From the NCBI GenBank assembly GCA_012295275.1, contig CM022666.1, positions 9,796,001 to 9,860,000 on the forward strand: a DNA stretch of 64,000 nucleotides. Reading direction: 5' to 3'. The stretch's first letter is position 1; each line of letters begins with the position of its first letter. The notes beneath the pieces were generated by a model. The model did no database searches and was not told where the DNA came from. It was given only the letters and a program-made list of their open reading frames with translations. The position numbers and the translations under genes were made by a program. The stretch is from Chrysomallon squamiferum. Lineage: Eukaryota > Animalia > Mollusca. This document shows positions 60,701 to 64,000 of this stretch, piece by piece.

Positions 60701-62256
60701 TTTCTGTAACCTTGTATTTGTTTACATATATGCCCAAACAAGCACAGTTGTTTACAGTTATTTCTGTGATGTTTATTGTGTTTATTTTTCTGTTGAAAGT
60801 TTTATTTGTTCTGCAGTTTTCCATTTTATTTTTATTTTCTTTCAGTTTTGTGTTATCATTTTGTGTTGTTCATTTTTTTTTTTTTTTTAAATAAGATTAA
60901 TTTATATACACATATTTGATTTTATATATACATATACAGTACTTTCAAATTACAAAGAAGCATGTAAACCTTAAACAAATATTTGTGAAAATGTTTTACA
61001 TATCAGTTTATTTGATTCTTGTACTGAAAAATGATGAGTGTTCATTTTCTCAGATTTATGATTTGTTTGAGTTTGATAATGCATGTAATTTTACTTTCAG
61101 TATATTTGACAACAAGATTTTTCATTTACGACCAATTTCATTGAATTGCTTCCTTAAATTTTACGTAATTTAATGTCTTATTAAATTGATTTTGCTGCAG
61201 TTTATATGAGAGCAGTGGTGATAATAAAAGTAATAAAAAACACATCTGTATTACCTTGCTGCACAACTGTAAAAAAATGTTCTTAAAAATAATCACTATA
61301 TTGATGTTTAATAAGTTATTATATTTCTACACTTTTTTCTTTTTTACCATTTATATTAATTATTTTTATATCATTGAACAAGAAAATGAGTTTGTAATGA
61401 ATTAAAAATACTAAACGGACAAATTATATCATATATTGCCCCATTTTTTATTTATTTTTTTGCTTTTATTGACAACTAATAATAATAATAATAACAGAAA
61501 TGCTAATAATAATAATAGTAATAAAAATAAAATTATAATAATTAAAATGTAAGAAGAAGAAATTCAGATTTGTTTAAATGGCTTCTGCACTAAACCAGGT
61601 GCTCTGCTGGATTTATGAAAGTTTATTTATTTATTTAATTATTTTATTTTGATCAAGAAAAAAATCAAATCCAATAATAAAAAAGAAGATCAATAACAAT
61701 AAATGAAATTAACAAATGACATGTTTAATCTCCAACATAGCAATTTGTTTGTAAACATCATTATTAACATTTTGGTTTCAAGTGTTTGATCCTAACTTCA
61801 AACAATAAATAATTAAATTTAGGAGCTCTTTTTAAAAATTAAACTTTTGTTTTGAATATTTAATTACTAACACAGAATTCACAGCATCTAACAATAAATT
61901 GATCAACTAAAGATTGGTCTGTAAATATTGCCTAAGTTGTTGTTTTGACATTTTTTTTATTTCTTTATTTTATTTTATTTTTTCTTCTTCTAAATTTTTT
62001 ACTTGTGTTTAACACTTGCCCTCTTTTCCCATGCTGCTAACAACTTCAACCAGTGGATTTATCAAAGATGAGACTTAGTGATGGTTCTGGTTCTGGTTCC
62101 GGTTCAAACTCAAGTGCTGAAGCTTACACAGAACCACTTATCTCCCCCGACTTAGACGACTACAATTTTCTGCGAGGTCACAACATGATGCAGGGATTCT
62201 GCTGTGCGACGTTCCCACTGGCACGAGGATTAGCCAGGACAATGAAACGTTTGTAA
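44778..62256 (+). CDS. ARHGEF7: Rho guanine nucleotide exchange factor 7 (beta-PIX/Cool) gene span: SH3-DH-PH-GIT-binding; 3' end variable, canonical coiled-coil exons probably beyond the window
   Basis: SH3 ([48 protein letters not shown]), DH ([30 protein letters not shown]), PH, PIX motif [17 protein letters not shown]-binding [19 protein letters not shown]; 14 core exons in consistent phase. Confidence 0.93.
45171..45368 (+). repeat. Coding 33-bp tandem repeat x6 ([11 protein letters not shown])
   Basis: Six in-frame units ACTAGTGATCGAAGTGATTGTCAAAACTCATTT, no indels. Confidence 0.92.
45895..46325. repeat. ~47-bp intronic minisatellite
   Basis: TACATGTAGTAGATAACATGTTAAAGTTATAATAT... about 9 copies. 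Confidence 0.88.
47030..47870. repeat. Degenerate ~27-bp intronic minisatellite
   Basis: Repeated GTAATACAGGTAGATATCACACC-like units. Confidence 0.8.
48270..48625 (+). repeat. Tandem array of the ARHGEF7 exon-2 acceptor junction
   Basis: About 10 copies of TTTTGTTAATTACAG|CTGTGTTT, ending in the functional acceptor at 48615. Confidence 0.85.
48616..48739 (+). CDS. ARHGEF7: ARHGEF7 exon 2 (SH3)
   Basis: [41 protein letters not shown].|gtaagt. Confidence 0.95.
49237..49313 (+). CDS. ARHGEF7: ARHGEF7 exon 3
   Basis: tttcag|..[25 protein letters not shown]|gtaagt. Confidence 0.88.
49261..49560 (+). repeat. Exon-3 3' half plus donor duplicated x4 (73-bp period); donors inactivated in the copies
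   Basis: GTTCAGATATCA... at 49261, 49352, 49425, 49498; donor GTAAGT becomes ATAAGT, AAAAGT, ATAAGT. Confidence 0.92.
49609..49703 (+). CDS. ARHGEF7: ARHGEF7 exon 4 (DH start)
   Basis: [31 protein letters not shown]..|gtaagt. Confidence 0.92.
50237..50332 (+). CDS. ARHGEF7: ARHGEF7 exon 5 (DH)
   Basis: .[31 protein letters not shown]..|gtaagt. Confidence 0.92.
50632..50915 (+). mobile_element. Degenerate pogo/Tigger-like MITE relic
   Basis: Blocks CTTATCTGAAATTCTTGGG..AAGTGTTTCGGATTT..GATTTTGGAATAT, AATAATTTTGTGCAT and AAAAAGTTTTGGATTT recall, in order, the Tigger4-type consensus as I remember it; termini not resolved. Confidence 0.45.
51142..51264 (+). CDS. ARHGEF7: ARHGEF7 exon 6 (DH)
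   Basis: .[40 protein letters not shown]..|gtttgt. Confidence 0.93.
51492..51630 (+). CDS. ARHGEF7: ARHGEF7 exon 7 (DH)
   Basis: .[46 protein letters not shown]|gtaagt. Confidence 0.94.
51745..52024 (+). mobile_element. Degenerate hAT (Charlie-like) non-autonomous relic
   Basis: GTGCTGTGAGAGATTGTCAGGTGTTCCATGGGAAATTATCC and the 3' end GTGCCATGGCTCAAACAAGGTTGAAAAAAGTG resemble CAGTGTTTTTCAACC-terminated hAT MITEs (from memory). Confidence 0.4.
52259..52318 (+). CDS. ARHGEF7: ARHGEF7 exon 8 (DH end)
   Basis: [20 protein letters not shown]|gtgagt. Confidence 0.93.
52304..52865 (+). repeat. 59-bp tandem array x10 of the exon-8 donor junction
   Basis: Unit TACAGAGAAATAGCA|GTAAGTGATATTTTGTAGTTTAATGTCAAGTTTTTATAATTAAA starting at 52304, 52363, 52422, 52481 ... 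52832. Confidence 0.95.
53101..53181 (+). CDS. ARHGEF7: ARHGEF7 exon 9
   Basis: [27 protein letters not shown]|gttagt. Confidence 0.93.
53526..53675 (+). CDS. ARHGEF7: ARHGEF7 exon 10 (PH)
   Basis: [16 protein letters not shown]...[26 protein letters not shown]|gtgaga. Confidence 0.93.
53860..53938 (+). CDS. ARHGEF7: ARHGEF7 exon 11 (PH)
   Basis: [26 protein letters not shown].|gtatca. Confidence 0.92.
54434..54561 (+). CDS. ARHGEF7: ARHGEF7 exon 12 (PH end)
   Basis: ..[42 protein letters not shown]|gtcagt. Confidence 0.9.
54947..55172 (+). CDS. ARHGEF7: ARHGEF7 exon 13 (Pro-rich region)
   Basis: VSTSQPS...[41 protein letters not shown].|gtatat. Confidence 0.9.
55166..55442 (+). repeat. 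~27-bp minisatellite starting at the exon-13 donor
   Basis: Unit GTGTTAAATAAATCAGATATGTTACAA; its core AAATCAGATATGTTA matches the junction AAACCAG|GTATATTA at 12/15. Confidence 0.8.
55547..55597 (+). CDS. ARHGEF7: Candidate ARHGEF7 cassette exon ([17 protein letters not shown])
   Basis: Pyrimidine tract + ccaag acceptor; phase 1-1, frame-preserving with a donor after 55597 (gtaaga) or 55591 (gtaaat). Confidence 0.55.
56722..56814 (+). CDS. ARHGEF7: ARHGEF7 GIT-binding-domain exon
   Basis: ..[30 protein letters not shown].|gtaagt. Confidence 0.93.
58330..58585. repeat. 28-bp intronic minisatellite
   Basis: TTCACAATAAAACTCAGTATTTAATTAC, about 9 copies. Confidence 0.88.
59577..59636 (+). CDS. 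ARHGEF7: Candidate ARHGEF7 alternative exon (36-nt cassette to 59612, or terminal exon [19 protein letters not shown])
   Basis: ttttacctgtgtag acceptor, phase-1 compatible; internal AG|GTAGGG donor keeps frame. Confidence 0.35.
62054..62256 (+). CDS. ARHGEF7: Candidate ARHGEF7 alternative terminal exon (Ser/Gly-rich, no coiled coil)
   Basis: Pyrimidine tract, CTAAC branch-like motif, caaccag acceptor; phase 1 matches the GIT-binding exon; GC-richer open frame [20 protein letters not shown]...TMKRL*. Confidence 0.6.
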
Positions 62257-62720
62257 AACATTGGATCTGAGTGAATTAAACATATTTGTCAATCTAAGTG
62301 AATTAATCATGTTAATGAAATATTGAATCTAAATGAATTAAAGATGTTGGTGAAACATTTAATCAAAGTGTAAAACACTGAATCTAAGAGATTTAAACAG
62401 ATTTGTAAGTGAAACATTAAACATGTTTGTGAAACTGAATCTAAGTGAATGAAAAATCTGTGAAACCCTGAATCTAAGTGAATGAAACCTGTTTGCTAGT
62501 GAAACATTTGTCAAATCCTGAATCTACATGAATTAAACGTTTATGAATGAAACACTGAACCTGAATGAATTAAATTTGTTTGTTAATGAAACAGAATCTA
62601 AGTGAATTAAACATTTGTGGAACAATGAATCTAAGTGAATGCAACATGTTTATTAGTGAAACACTGAATCTAAATAAATTAAACATGTTTGTTAGTCAAA
62701 CAATAAATTTAAGTGAAGTA
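62252..62720. repeat. ~38-bp minisatellite beginning at the stop of the candidate terminal exon
   Basis: GAAACACTGAATCTAAGTGAATTAAACATGTTTGTTAGT-like units, more than 10 degenerate copies. Confidence 0.82.
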
Positions 62721-64000
62721 GGAAATTACTTAGTGAGTGTTTTAAAAATGAACTGTTTATAGAATTTTGTCACTATGGTGATATTATTTTTCAGGAACCT
62801 CAGAACTTTGTTTCAGGGTGATTTTCTTTGTTGTCATGGTAACCATTATGATGTTAGCTGCTTATAGTATAAATTACACTGCCATTTTCAACAATACTCA
62901 ACTGTACAAACATTATTTATTTATTTATTTATTTATTATATTTGATTTTAAGAATTACAATAATTTCTTATTTACAAAGTTATTTGTTTACTGAAGTGTT
63001 CAGTTTTATGTTTGAAGACTTTGCAATGGGAAGTGTGTATGTTTAACAAATAAAACCTTATTTTATGCTATTTAGTTTTAATTTTAAAATATGTGAAAAG
63101 GGTGGTATATTTAATACGTGAGCTAGTGTATCTGTTGTGTTACTGAAAGGGTGTGTTTACAATACTTATTGATTATTTTCTATTCTGAATTGTTTTATAT
63201 AGATTTTCTACACAGATTAAATTAAAAAAGTTTATTAAAACACACATACACACACACACACACACACACCTGCCATTTACAGCTGACTGAAAAAAGTTGC
63301 AGTATATGAATTTTATCTTTTTACTCACAAACACCACATTTTTGTCCAACAAAAAGAAGTATTTAATAAGAGATAAAAATGTTGGAAAAATTATAGTTAT
63401 TTTTTGTTTGTTTTACATAAAGATTTTTTTGAGATGATATTGCATTGTTTTATTAATGGTGCTGTTTTATAGCTATTGTTTATTTTTACAAATTCATTTT
63501 TAGTTCCATATTGTACTTTTATTAATTTAGCTGTGATGTAAAGAATTATAATTATTTTTCACTTGTAAATGAAAATATAATTATATCCACACATGATGAT
63601 ATTATGTTTTTTTTTAGTTATTTTGTGTTGTTGTTATTGTTATTTTGTGTGGTTGTTACTGTTATTCAGTGTTGCAGTTATTGTTACTTCGTCTTGTTTT
63701 ACTTTGGTTGGTTTATTTTGGCTGGGTTACCTCACTGTGTCTTTCATATTTCTATTTCCTATTTTCTTTTCTTTTTTATACTAATTTTGTTTTCTGTTTT
63801 ATTTTATTGTTTTCAGGTGATATATGCATTATATAATTTTTATATGATTTTGGTACGATCTACCATTGTTAAATATATATATCTCACTTTCTCGGTCTAT
63901 GGATATCTCTTAATCTCTGTATCATATAATCAGGCAGACAGAAATAAGTAAAGAGCCATACATACACACCAAACACCAATTGTAGGGACTTATGTATATG

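Noticed and set aside
63811-63951. tttcag acceptor near the window end as the next ARHGEF7 exon
   Set aside because: The required phase-1 frame stops after a few codons and other frames show no PIX coiled-coil similarity.

Overview
AT-rich, microsatellite-rich eukaryotic (animal) genomic DNA; an invertebrate such as a mollusc is my inference from composition and gene structure, not something the sequence proves. Four intron-containing genes can be spliced by hand with GT-AG junctions and consistent phases. (1) Shox, paired-like homeobox plus OAR, minus strand, 4 coding exons 23489->2342, 272 aa; its introns and upstream region carry CpG-rich, TF-motif-dense blocks. (2) A PLEKHB/evectin PH-domain gene, minus strand, 5 coding exons 34543->31039, 209 aa, with two related TIR elements (4-bp TSDs) in its introns. 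(3) Head-to-head with it, an unrecognised 4-exon gene on the plus strand (35516-36837, 159 aa) with three WW-ligand motifs and a polybasic, Cys-rich C-terminus. (4) ARHGEF7/beta-PIX on the plus strand from 44778 (SH3-DH-PH-GIT-binding), with an unusual 242-aa N-terminal extension and candidate alternative 3' exons; the canonical coiled-coil end is not in the window. The most striking unexplained pattern is that many ARHGEF7 exon-intron junctions are tandemly amplified into minisatellite arrays, some keeping and some losing the splice dinucleotide. A degenerate tRNA-Leu, other minisatellites and transposon relics are also present.
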